The notes: generated from the letters alone by a model not told the origin. DNA of 64,000 nt from Desulfobacterales bacterium (GCA_963674755.2 CAXXVS010000002.1:2112001-2176000), one strand, 5' to 3'; shown: positions 53,020-63,107, counted from the first letter of the stretch. A program made the numbers and translations.

Positions 53020-56000
53020 CTACCAAGTCCGCCAATACAGGAAACCAACTTTTTCGGTAAGCGTAATCTCATCTAACAAATTTTGATTAGGATCGCCGCT
53101 ACCACCACCCGTCGTGCTGAAGTGCAGTATATCCGTTCCAGTACCTGGAATGGTGAGGACAGCCGGCGAAAAAAGCAACCCGCTCCGTCTGAGACCGGTA
53201 ACGCCCACCAAGATCGGATTCGCCTCCGTGCCGATGTTGATCAAATCCGCGTTGTTGACCCGCTCGTCACCAGAAATATCGAAAATAGCGCCGTCCGCGC
53301 GTCCGCCGGTGCAGGCATTGAGGGCGTATATTATCGATGTTCCGCCAGCTTCACAGGGTGATTCCGAAGGCTTGGTCACCACAGCATAAAGTATCCCGCC
53401 ACGGATCAAAACATTGTTCACAAGCCGCTCACTGGTCCCCGGCAGATCGAAATACCATCCCACATGCTGGCCTTGGTTGCTGCGCGGAGAGAACATATCC
53501 ATCGGGTTATCGCTCAGGACGACATATTCTCCTTCTTGGTAGATCACGCTTTGATTCAGCAGCGAAACCTTAAGGTCTATAGCGTCTTCGGTAATGCCGC
53601 CGACGGAGCTGACGGAAATCGTATCTCCCGGCGGTTCGGTCCGCAGGATCACCTGGGTCGGTGAAATTTCCACGCTGACATCGGGCACACCGTAAGTGGC
53701 ATCTTCTATGGCAACCTTCAAACCGGCTGTTCCAAGAAACTGCCTGTTTTCCGTGTCCGTCGAAGAAGCAGCTGTAAAGGTTCTGCTGTTGATCGTAACC
53801 GTGTCGCCAGTGGAGGCGCTCGTAAGGTCAATCACATATACGGTCTGGTCAGTCTCGGGCATATCGGAATTGCCGACCAGGTTGCTAAGCTGTCGGTTCG
53901 TATTGAATTCGCCTATATATTTGGCCGTCGGGTTACGCCTGTCGGCGCTTACGTAAGTTCCCAGGTTTTCCCACTCTTCAGCCCAGTCCCAGATACCGTA
54001 AATGGTCTGGACGGAACCGGCATCCGCGAAATCATCCATCCCCAAGTAGCGGCCGGTGCCAAAAAGAACCATAAACCCGTCTAAATTAGATGGGCAGGGG
54101 CGCATGACGTCCGGCTCCGTGGTAATCGGCTGGCGGAAACCCGAGGCATTCTTGGCCTGGAACAGCGGCTGCGGCATGCCAGAACCATCGGCTTGTTCAT
54201 TGTAAGCCACTTTCCAGTTGCTGACATCGCTGCCACGCAGATCGAACTTCCACATATTGCCCAGCAAATCCCCGGCATAAGCGAAGTCCACCAAACCGTC
54301 CAAGTTGGCATCGATCAACGCCGGTGAAGACAGGCCGTTGCAGTTGGGGCCGGCATCACCTTGGTAGGTTCGGATTTTGGTCGGTGTTGCTGATACCAAG
54401 GAACCGTCGCTGTTGAGGCGCAGCACGTAGAGCACGGCTTCCCCGTTCTGGCTATGGTAGCCATTGCCAAAAAGTACGACATAGCCCGCAGCCGAGTTCA
54501 CCACATAGGCTTGACTGAAGCTGTACCCCATATCCGGATCGACCGATTTGTTTTCCGGGTCCGAGTTGACCGGATATTCCCATCGCACCAGGGAGGCGAC
54601 ATTGGTTTCGGCGTCGAAGGCGGGATCACCGACATCGCTGATATCGAGGCAATAATAACCGCGCCCACCGCGACCGAGACCGCCCACCAAAATGGTGGAA
54701 CCAGAAGCACCCAGTTGCTCGATGTAGGGTTCATTGTCCACAAAATACTTGTGAACATAAGGATCGATGGTAAGCTCCTTTAAATTGGCAAATACCAGGT
54801 TTGGTACATAGGCGAACTGCTCATCACCTGTGGCTTCGTCGAGCACGTGCAACATGCCGTCGTTGCTTCCCACAAACACCACACCGGGTATCGTGCTGTC
54901 CCAACGGTAGGGTAAGGGCGAGGAGTGCACAATATCGGAAAGCAGGCTGTCCCGATCCCGGAAAACGCCGCCGTTGGCTATTTCCTGGCTTCGATCACCA
55001 CGCAAGAAGGCAATCATAGCCTGCGCAACGGCCGGCGTTGGATCCAGCAAATCCTGCTGGGCGGTACTCAGTTCGTCATAGGAGAAAATCGCACCCTCCT
55101 GGTCGGCGTCATTATAGGTAACCACCTTACGCGCGGACCAAGCCATACCGTCCAGCTGGTCAGCAGCGGACCAATCCACCTGGTCCACATAGTTGTCGTT
55201 GGCGTCCAGAACCTGAACGACTCCACCTGTTTCCGGATCCAACGGCTTGGCCAACACATCGCCCGTCCAGTTGCGGGGGATATAGGTCGCCTGATAGAGC
55301 GCTGTATCTCCCGAGAGTTCCTGGGCGTTGATGGCCACGGCCGAACCGGTGGCGGTTGTGTTCTGAATGCTCTGCATCACCGAGATCAACGAGTTGATTA
55401 ATTTCTGTGCATTGTCCGCCGTGAAAAACTGCCCCCGGCCGTTAACCGATGCATGGTACAGGTCATCGATCACAGTAGGCGTGTTGGGTACCGGAATCGG
55501 CCAGGCGGGACATACCGGATCCGGGCATCCCACATCGCCGGGTTCACACTTCGGTAAACATAGCGGAAAATCACCAGGATCGTTATTCCCAACGACCCCG
55601 AAAGCCACACCATAGGTCACCATGTGCTGATGATGGGCATTGTCTTGTTTGTATGCCGGCATGACATTGGTCAACGTGCGGTTAAGGTCGTTCTCATAAT
55701 AATACATGGCAATGTCGCCCAGATTGGGGCTGCTACCGTTATTGGGGCCTGTGAAAACGCCCTGATCGTAACCCGACACCTGTCCGTCGCGATTGACCCC
55801 GTCAGCATCGGCGTTAAGATTGTTCAAAGGATATTCCACCGTCCAGTCGGACTGGTTCCAATAACCATCCGTCATGGCGATGACAAAAGCCCTCTGGCAG
55901 CCACCGCCTTCGGCTTCGCTGGCCCAAGGTGGTGTGCTGCTGATATAGCCCGAATTGCCGCCGTCATGCAGGTCAAAATACTGTCCCACATCCTGAAGGC

Positions 56001-59000
56001 CGCGCCGAAGCGGTGTACCACCGTTCGAGTTGATGGCATAAAGCCTGTTGAGCATGGCTTCGGTCTGGTCTGTTTCCCCGCTTAGCTTGATCGGCTCCAC
56101 GGGGTGGTTGCGGTTACTCCGGTCATTGATGACGGCGACACCGATCTTGACTTCCTCCATCTGATCGAACACCTGGCCGATGGCGGCTTTGGCGGTCAGC
56201 TCCCGCCGACGATAGAAGGAATACCAGTTGGCGAAATTCTGGCGCACCGCATCGTAGCTCAGCGCGTTGCCGTCTCCGTCCCTTGGGATCACGCCGGACG
56301 GGATCAGACCCGTACCCGTAATATCGGTCAACTCGCCATCGTCTACCCGATCGTTGTCATTTATATCATTCCAGCTGTAATAGGTGAAACTGCCACCTGT
56401 GCCATAGTTATCACTCATGGCCACGAGATAGACCTCGCCGTTATCCACATTCCCATCACCGTCGGCATCGTTGTGAACGAAATAATGGGCTACGGGTATT
56501 TGAAAAGTTAGGCTGGTACTATCCCTAAACTCGACGCCTGAAGCGATCGTGGCCCAGTTGTTGTAATGGGTGGACTGATTGAAGTTAAGGGCATCGGTGG
56601 ATTCTCCAAAAACCTCGCTTTCGATATGGTAGTCAACGGAACGGGAAAGCCGCCACATATCCGGGAAATAGACCTGGACATCATAGGTGCCGGCCGGCAC
56701 TTTCAGATACCATGTGGCCGTTCGTCCATCGTAGTAATTTGTCCGGCAGCTACCGCCATTGGCAGCGCCGTCGTAGCGATCGCTCCAGTTCCATCCGGTA
56801 TCCGTATAATAACCGTAGGTGCCATTGGTATCGCTGTTGTCCACCACATACACATTGGCTGGATTAGATGTGTTCACTAAACGGACGGCATCTGCCGCTG
56901 CACGTCTATTATTGTCATTGTCGGTTGTCGACAATGTGATCCACTGGTTGGGCGTACCAACCGTTTCATTGACCTGGAAGAAGGTTGTGTTCATATCAAG
57001 GGTCGGGGTGCTGTGGATCGGATTCATGCGTGGATCGTCCGGATCGGCGTTAGAACCAGGCGACCCGTCGGTACCGGGCAAGATGTTCCAGCTCGGCCAG
57101 GGGGTGTATTCCATCGAGGGTTCGAAGTACAGCTTGTTGAATCCGGCCCACTGGGACTGCCACAGCCGTCGCTCGGTCTCCGTGAGGTAACGATAGCTGT
57201 CCGAGTATTGATTGTCATTGTATTTACCGTCAAAATAGCGCGGATAGAGATAGTGGCGCGTTCCGCTGCCCGTGTAAAAACCGCCTTCCTGGGCGGGTGT
57301 CATCATTTCGAAATCCATCGATCCCGAGTCGTCAATTAGGAACATAATCAGCGGAGGCGCAGCTTTTACCTGGGTTTCCAAGGGTGTTTCGGCCGGCACG
57401 ACACAGGTTATCTCGCTGGTTTGGATACCGCGGTCGCCGCCGTAGCAGTCCTGATCGATACCATCTCCAGGGACATCATAGGCGCCCGGGTAAACCGTTG
57501 GAGCAACAGGGTCGCTTGGATCGTCGTTACAATCGCCCTGAGCGGGGCTGTAACCGTCACCGTCCTGATCCAGGTCGTCGCCGGTACAAGCCTCATCACC
57601 CCATCCATTGCAGTTTTGATCAACGCCGTCGCCGCATTTCTCCAATGCGCCGGGGAAGATGCCGGCGTCGTTGTCGTTGCAGTCCACACTATTGTCAAAA
57701 CCGTCACCGTCAAGGTCCGCAGAAGGTACCGTAAAAATCGCGGCGATATCCTTATCGCTGTTCATGGTAAGGGTGATGGTAGAGGTGGAGCTGGTCGACG
57801 ATCCCTGCCACTGGGAGAACAGGTAGCCCGTCGCTGGAACGGCAGAAATGGTTACTTCGCTGCCGCTCTGATAGGAGTATTCATTTGCGCTGGCGGTTGA
57901 TTCCCCCACCGGGGATAGGGTAATATCCCCCTGCAAGGAATCCGGCGGCGTAATCTTCAGAACGAATGTTCTTGGTGAATAGGTACCGGAATAGGTCAGT
58001 TCGCCCGTCGTCGTAGCGTTGATCGTGAGATCGATCGGATCCGGGGAGAACCATCCTGGGATTTGTTTGAAAACAATTTTATAGCCGCTGACGTAGCACT
58101 CCGTTGGGAAAGAGACACCACTTTCAAGCCAGCCACTAATAGCCGTGTAAGAGCCGCTGCCGGCTGGTTCCTCCTTTTGTAACTGCCATTGGGCGCGCTC
58201 GTCGTCTGGCAGACCGGCGTCAATCACCTCAGCGGGATCGATGGTCACCATCACCCGGTTTTCGCGGAAGGTCACCTCGATCGAATGGTCCTTGGCAACG
58301 CTGCTGAAGGGATAGCTTGTAATCGATCCGGCTGAAGCCCCGTCGACAAGGACGTTGCTGACGCAGTATTGCTCCGACCCGGTATCCTCTCCGGTGAAAG
58401 TGAAATTGACGGCTTCACCTTCATTAATGATCAGATCACCGCCTCCGGTAAGCCCCGTCGTACTCGGGTTGTCGATAGCCGCCGTGCCATACGAACCGAT
58501 ATCAAAATGAATTTTATAGCGGAAGTCAGCATCCACGTCGATCACATCGCCAGGCGAACCGGCGACCGTCCAAGTGTGCGTGTAGCTTCCTGTCACATCC
58601 GCCCCCGCCCCGTCCGGCGGGATGAGGCCGGCCGCACCTGTATCGGAGGTACCGTCAATGGTGGCAATGGTCGGGGCGTTCGGCGCTGTAAAGGAGTGCA
58701 GCCCGTGGGCCCAGTCAACTATCACATCCACGCTCTCGCCGATATCGGCAATGTAGTCGGTCCCAACCCCTGCAGGCGTGGTAATGGTTCCGCCATTCCT
58801 TACGTTGGGGTGGATTGTCACGTCATTGTCGGTAATGGTAACTGTAAAGTCGAGAACCCCCGAGGAAGCCCCAAGGATATTGGCGTTGGTGCCGTCGGTG
58901 AAACGAACTATGAATGTTTCGTCACTTTCGACTTCCTGGTCGTTTAAAATCTGAATCGTGGCCGTATCAGACGGAAAAGGGCCGCTCGGCGAGGCACTGC

Positions 59001-62000
59001 CGGTGAAAGTCATGGTACCGCTGGTGTTCTGGAAATCCGATGTAGTGGCTGTATCAGGAAGGGTAACGTAGTTCAATGTCACCGTACTGCTGCCGAGCAC
59101 ATAGCGGTCGAGAGTAACAGCAAAATCGATCGTCATGGCAGCAGGATCGGTGCTTTCCTGCACGGTAAGGGAACTCGGCGTTGGCGTTATGGTGATATCG
59201 GCGATATCGTCTTCAGTTATGGTTGTTGTCCCAACCACTGCACCAGAAGCTGTGATGTCACCGCTTACAGAAGGATCAGCCGTGACGCCGGTCAACTGGA
59301 CGTTGAAGGTTTCCGATCCCTCCACCCACATATCGGTCATTGTATCCACGATAAAGGAGGTGCTGGTTGCCAGTGGGGCAAAAATTACCGTCCCCGTAGA
59401 CACGTCGAAGTCGTCGGGAACCGTGGCCGTTCCACCGACAGCCGTCCAGCTTACAGTGACGTTCCCTGCGTCTTCGACAGGATTGGAAAGGCTGACCGTG
59501 TAAGCCCCGGTGACATCTCCTTCCGCAACCGTTGTCGGAATTGCAGAGCTAATACTCGCCTCGGTCGTGTCACCGCTCTGGATATCGCAGGTTGCAGGCG
59601 TTGTATCGACGATAACGTTATCAAGCCCGGGATTGGTCAGCAGAGCTTGAAAAAGCTGATCCGGCTCAACGTAATTGTCGTTGGTTATCGGAACGGTAAA
59701 TGTTTCTGCGGCAAGCGTCCCTGCAAAGGAAACCGTGCCGCTCGTCGCGTCATAGTCCTGACCGGCCTGTGCCTCGTTAGCGACATTTTGGGTGCTGTAA
59801 TCTATGTCAATGCTGTAACCGCTCTCGATGTTGGAACCCGTTGGATTCACACTGAAAGTTGCTGTAGTATTGCTTTCTTCGTCTACAGTGGTGGTTGTAG
59901 CAGTCAACGCGATATTCACGTCATTGATGTTATCGATCGTGCAGGAATCTGATCCGCCAAAGGTCACCTGGTCTCCAGCGATCGGGTCCACAAGGGCTAC
60001 GGCCAGGGTCTCGTTGGGCTCCCAGACACTGTCATTGCGAATAGCCACATTCACCGTGAGCGGCAGGTTACCGTCGTTCACCGTGATCATGCCCGGGTCG
60101 GTATAGTCACTCGCAGCAATTCCGGTGCCGCTGAAACTCAGCGTTACCGAATAGTCTGTATCGAGCGTAATGCCGTTGGTCACCGCCAGTTCAAACTGGG
60201 CGTTGGCCCCTTCGGCGACCGGATCGGTGCCCGTATAAGTGATTCCGATAATCGCAGTATCCGCACTGGTCACTGTCGCATTGGCCGAACCGGCAACACT
60301 CACCTGTGAGCTGTCCGGCGCCTCCGGATCCACCAGCGTCACTGTCAGGGTCTCATTACCCTCGATCAACACGTCGTTGGCCGTGCCCACATCGAACGTA
60401 TACGGAAAGCTTGTGCCCGGCCCCACCGTCACCGATGCCGGCGGAGATGACAGGTCCGTGCCCGAATCAATCGTGCCCCCGTAAGTCAGGCTGATCGTGT
60501 AGTCCTGGTCCAGCGTTACACCGTTGGCCTCGGTGATCGAAAACTGCGCATTGCTGCCCTCGGCTACACTGGCCGTGACCGTCGTGATACCCAAGGCGGC
60601 CTCGTCCTCGCTGGTCACTGTCGCATTGGCCGAACCGGCAACACTCACCTGTGAGTTGTCCGGCGCCTCCGGATCCACCAGCGTCACTGTCAGGGTCTCA
60701 TTACCCTCGATCAACACGTCGTTGGCCGTGCCCACATCGAACGTATACGGAAAGCTCGTGCCCGGCCCCACCGTCACCGATGCCGGCGGAGATGACAGGT
60801 CCGTGCCCGAATCAATCGTGCCCCCGTAAGTCAGGCTGATCGTGTAGTCCTGGTCCAGCGTTACACCGTTGGCCTCGGTGATCGAAAACTGCGCATTGCT
60901 GCCCTCGGCTACACTGGCCGTGACCGTCGTGATACCCAAGGCGGCCTCGTCCTCGCTGGTCACTGTCGCATTGGCCGAACCGGCAACACTCACCTGTGAG
61001 CTGTCCGGCGCCTCCGGATCCACCAGCGTCACTGTCAGGGTCTCATTACCCTCGATCAACACGTCGTTGGCCGTGCCCACATCGAACGTATACGGAAAGC
61101 TCGTGCCCGGCCCCACCGTCACCGATGCCGGCGGAGATGACAGGTCCGTGCCCGAATCAATCGTGCCCCCGTAAGTCAGGCTGATCGTGTAGTCCTGGTC
61201 CAGCGTTACACCGTTGGCCTCGGTGATCGAAAACTGCGCATTGCTGCCCTCGGCTACACTGGCCGTGACCGTCGTGATACCCAAGGCGGCCTCGTCCTCG
61301 CTGGTCACTGTCGCATTGGCCGAACCGGCAACACTCACCTGTGAGTTGTCCGGCGCCTCCGGATCCACCAGCGTCACTGTCAGGGTCTCATTACCCTCGA
61401 TCAACACGTCGTTGGCCGTGCCCACATCGAACGTATACGGAAAGCTCGTGCCCGGCCCCACCGTCACCGATGCCGGCGGAGATGACAGGTCCGTGCCCGA
61501 ATCAATCGTGCCCCCGTAAGTCAGGCTGATCGTGTAGTCCTGGTCCAGCGTTACACCGTTGGCCTCGGTGATCGAAAACTGCGCATTGCTGCCCTCGGCT
61601 ACACTGGCCGTGACCGTCGTGATACCCAAGGCGGCCTCGTCCTCGCTGGTCACTGTCGCATTGGCCGAACCGGCAACACTCACCTGTGAGTTGTCCGGCG
61701 CCTCCGGATCCACCAGCGTCACTGTCAGGGTCTCATTACCCTCGATCAACACGTCGTTGGCCGTGCCCACATCGAACGTATACGGAAAGCTCGTGCCCGG
61801 CCCCACCGTCACCGATGCCGGCGGAGATGACAGGTCCGTGCCCGAATCAATCGTGCCCCCGTAAGTCAGGCTGATCGTGTAGTCCTGGTCCAGCGTTACA
61901 CCGTTGGCCTCGGTGATCGAAAACTGCGCATTGCTGCCCTCGGCTACACTGGCCGTGACCGTCGTGATACCCAAGGCGGCCTCGTCCAAACTGGTGATGT

Positions 62001-62409
62001 CCACACCTGCCGATCCCGATGCGGAATCGCCCGAAACTCCATTATCCCCTGACAAAGTAACCGTCAGGCTCTCGGAACTCTCAATAAGATCATCATCAAT
62101 GAGATTAACGGTGAGGTAAATTGGAAAAACCGTAGAAGGCGTTACATTAAAACTGGCCGGGGAAGCGCTGTAATCCGTGCCATCCACGCCTGTGACGTTG
62201 TATGTAACCGTTAAATTGTCATTTATAACGCCGCTTGTTAATTCTATGGCAAATTGAGCAAACGAACCTTCGTCAACAGGGGAACCGGTATCATTGGTGA
62301 TTCCCAAGGTCCCGGCGAAAGCCACAGCAGGAAAAAGCAGCATGGCAAGGCACAACAGCCACACGGCTTTATACAAGGTATGGTTGTGATATCGTTTGGC
62401 GGTATCCAT
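53020..62409 (-). CDS. pilY1: Giant PilC/PilY1-family pilus tip adhesin (3129 aa)
   Basis: Signal peptide; Calx-beta-like repeats; vWA MIDAS LIDDSGSM; NFANWYSFYR, GTPLR, TDG; C-terminal propeller (DIVHSSP, VGSNDGMLH, FGNGY, DANLDGLVDFAYAGD, FGTGRY, GWYFDL); follows pilX. Confidence 0.92.
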   Translation of the reverse strand: MDTAKRYHNHTLYKAVWLLCLAMLLFPAVAFAGTLGITNDTGSPVDEGSFAQFAIELTSGVINDNLTVTYNVTGVDGTDYSASPASFNVTPSTVFPIYLTVNLIDDDLIESSESLTVTLSGDNGVSGDSASGSAGVDITSLDEAALGITTVTASVAEGSNAQFSITEANGVTLDQDYTISLTYGGTIDSGTDLSSPPASVTVGPGTSFPYTFDVGTANDVLIEGNETLTVTLVDPEAPDNSQVSVAGSANATVTSEDEAALGITTVTASVAEGSNAQFSITEANGVTLDQDYTISLTYGGTIDSGTDLSSPPASVTVGPGTSFPYTFDVGTANDVLIEGNETLTVTLVDPEAPDNSQVSVAGSANATVTSEDEAALGITTVTASVAEGSNAQFSITEANGVTLDQDYTISLTYGGTIDSGTDLSSPPASVTVGPGTSFPYTFDVGTANDVLIEGNETLTVTLVDPEAPDSSQVSVAGSANATVTSEDEAALGITTVTASVAEGSNAQFSITEANGVTLDQDYTISLTYGGTIDSGTDLSSPPASVTVGPGTSFPYTFDVGTANDVLIEGNETLTVTLVDPEAPDNSQVSVAGSANATVTSEDEAALGITTVTASVAEGSNAQFSITEANGVTLDQDYTISLTYGGTIDSGTDLSSPPASVTVGPGTSFPYTFDVGTANDVLIEGNETLTVTLVDPEAPDSSQVSVAGSANATVTSADTAIIGITYTGTDPVAEGANAQFELAVTNGITLDTDYSVTLSFSGTGIAASDYTDPGMITVNDGNLPLTVNVAIRNDSVWEPNETLAVALVDPIAGDQVTFGGSDSCTIDNINDVNIALTATTTTVDEESNTTATFSVNPTGSNIESGYSIDIDYSTQNVANEAQAGQDYDATSGTVSFAGTLAAETFTVPITNDNYVEPDQLFQALLTNPGLDNVIVDTTPATCDIQSGDTTEASISSAIPTTVAEGDVTGAYTVSLSNPVEDAGNVTVSWTAVGGTATVPDDFDVSTGTVIFAPLATSTSFIVDTMTDMWVEGSETFNVQLTGVTADPSVSGDITASGAVVGTTTITEDDIADITITPTPSSLTVQESTDPAAMTIDFAVTLDRYVLGSSTVTLNYVTLPDTATTSDFQNTSGTMTFTGSASPSGPFPSDTATIQILNDQEVESDETFIVRFTDGTNANILGASSGVLDFTVTITDNDVTIHPNVRNGGTITTPAGVGTDYIADIGESVDVIVDWAHGLHSFTAPNAPTIATIDGTSDTGAAGLIPPDGAGADVTGSYTHTWTVAGSPGDVIDVDADFRYKIHFDIGSYGTAAIDNPSTTGLTGGGDLIINEGEAVNFTFTGEDTGSEQYCVSNVLVDGASAGSITSYPFSSVAKDHSIEVTFRENRVMVTIDPAEVIDAGLPDDERAQWQLQKEEPAGSGSYTAISGWLESGVSFPTECYVSGYKIVFKQIPGWFSPDPIDLTINATTTGELTYSGTYSPRTFVLKITPPDSLQGDITLSPVGESTASANEYSYQSGSEVTISAVPATGYLFSQWQGSSTSSTSTITLTMNSDKDIAAIFTVPSADLDGDGFDNSVDCNDNDAGIFPGALEKCGDGVDQNCNGWGDEACTGDDLDQDGDGYSPAQGDCNDDPSDPVAPTVYPGAYDVPGDGIDQDCYGGDRGIQTSEITCVVPAETPLETQVKAAPPLIMFLIDDSGSMDFEMMTPAQEGGFYTGSGTRHYLYPRYFDGKYNDNQYSDSYRYLTETERRLWQSQWAGFNKLYFEPSMEYTPWPSWNILPGTDGSPGSNADPDDPRMNPIHSTPTLDMNTTFFQVNETVGTPNQWITLSTTDNDNNRRAAADAVRLVNTSNPANVYVVDNSDTNGTYGYYTDTGWNWSDRYDGAANGGSCRTNYYDGRTATWYLKVPAGTYDVQVYFPDMWRLSRSVDYHIESEVFGESTDALNFNQSTHYNNWATIASGVEFRDSTSLTFQIPVAHYFVHNDADGDGNVDNGEVYLVAMSDNYGTGGSFTYYSWNDINDNDRVDDGELTDITGTGLIPSGVIPRDGDGNALSYDAVRQNFANWYSFYRRRELTAKAAIGQVFDQMEEVKIGVAVINDRSNRNHPVEPIKLSGETDQTEAMLNRLYAINSNGGTPLRRGLQDVGQYFDLHDGGNSGYISSTPPWASEAEGGGCQRAFVIAMTDGYWNQSDWTVEYPLNNLNADADGVNRDGQVSGYDQGVFTGPNNGSSPNLGDIAMYYYENDLNRTLTNVMPAYKQDNAHHQHMVTYGVAFGVVGNNDPGDFPLCLPKCEPGDVGCPDPVCPAWPIPVPNTPTVIDDLYHASVNGRGQFFTADNAQKLINSLISVMQSIQNTTATGSAVAINAQELSGDTALYQATYIPRNWTGDVLAKPLDPETGGVVQVLDANDNYVDQVDWSAADQLDGMAWSARKVVTYNDADQEGAIFSYDELSTAQQDLLDPTPAVAQAMIAFLRGDRSQEIANGGVFRDRDSLLSDIVHSSPLPYRWDSTIPGVVFVGSNDGMLHVLDEATGDEQFAYVPNLVFANLKELTIDPYVHKYFVDNEPYIEQLGASGSTILVGGLGRGGRGYYCLDISDVGDPAFDAETNVASLVRWEYPVNSDPENKSVDPDMGYSFSQAYVVNSAAGYVVLFGNGYHSQNGEAVLYVLRLNSDGSLVSATPTKIRTYQGDAGPNCNGLSSPALIDANLDGLVDFAYAGDLLGNMWKFDLRGSDVSNWKVAYNEQADGSGMPQPLFQAKNASGFRQPITTEPDVMRPCPSNLDGFMVLFGTGRYLGMDDFADAGSVQTIYGIWDWAEEWENLGTYVSADRRNPTAKYIGEFNTNRQLSNLVGNSDMPETDQTVYVIDLTSASTGDTVTINSRTFTAASSTDTENRQFLGTAGLKVAIEDATYGVPDVSVEISPTQVILRTEPPGDTISVSSVGGITEDAIDLKVSLLNQSVIYQEGEYVVLSDNPMDMFSPRSNQGQHVGWYFDLPGTSERLVNNVLIRGGILYAVVTKPSESPCEAGGTSIIYALNACTGGRADGAIFDISGDERVNNADLINIGTEANPILVGVTGLRRSGLLFSPAVLTIPGTGTDILHFSTTGGGSGDPNQNLLDEITLTEKVGFLYWRTW
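60266..61987. repeat. Five near-identical 345-bp tandem repeats (115-aa Calx-beta-like units) inside pilY1
   Basis: Identical blocks offset by exactly 345 nt; only two variable sites seen. Confidence 0.97.
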
Positions 62410-62531
62410 GTTTTCCTCCTGTAACTCTTCAGTATGCCGACCGTAAGTAGCCAGCGGCGCTCAGCTCACGAGTAGTAATTGTTATAAGAGCAATTCAGTT
62501 CTATCTTTTTGATCCAAGCTACTTTGGTTCC

Positions 62532-63107
62532 TTAAAACCGCTTATTATATCCCACTTCCATCAAGGCTTGACCGTCACGACTATCATGAAAGCTGTAAAT
62601 GGCATACGTGCGTACGGCTGTTTTGTTGGTCACCTTCCAGGAGGTCTTCCGGTCAAGCCCTTTGTCTATCGCACAATAGCCGACCTCGTTATCTATCGTT
62701 GACGGGATGGCGTTGTCATCGCCGCCCACCCCATCGAAATCCCAATTCCCAGGATCGGTCATGTCCGGCGCATTTCCTTTCGCGCTAAGCCAGATCGGCG
62801 AGCGGCCCTCAAGAACACCGGTGGCGGCTTCCTCGATGGCAAAACCGCCCTCGATCACCCCGCCTTCAGTACGGAAAAAGGTCTGTTTCCGTGCAACTTC
62901 GTTGCCTGCGATCAGGGTTTCGATGTTGCTTTTGCGTGTCGACCAGATACCCATAACTGTCAGAAGGGAAAGCAGCATTAAGGCGATAACAATGGCCGAT
63001 CCGTTTTCATTGTTAACCTTTTTTAGGAAATGCGTCTTGAACAAATCACTTAAGGAATAATGGCTTAAGATTGAAGAATGTTCTCTATCGTTGAGGACAG
63101 ATTTCAT
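62532..63107 (-). CDS. pilX: PilX-like minor pilin
   Basis: NENGSAIVIALMLLSLLTVMG, IAGN...F...EGG (no Glu5, as typical of PilX). Start uncertain. Confidence 0.85.
   Translation of the reverse strand: MKSVLNDREHSSILSHYSLSDLFKTHFLKKVNNENGSAIVIALMLLSLLTVMGIWSTRKSNIETLIAGNEVARKQTFFRTEGGVIEGGFAIEEAATGVLEGRSPIWLSAKGNAPDMTDPGNWDFDGVGGDDNAIPSTIDNEVGYCAIDKGLDRKTSWKVTNKTAVRTYAIYSFHDSRDGQALMEVGYNKRF

Noticed and set aside
60239..62119. Repeated identical plus-strand ORFs (101 aa and 62 aa), which could suggest an array or CRISPR
   Set aside because: They are antisense shadows of the 345-bp pilY1 repeats; there are no unique spacers and no cas genes.
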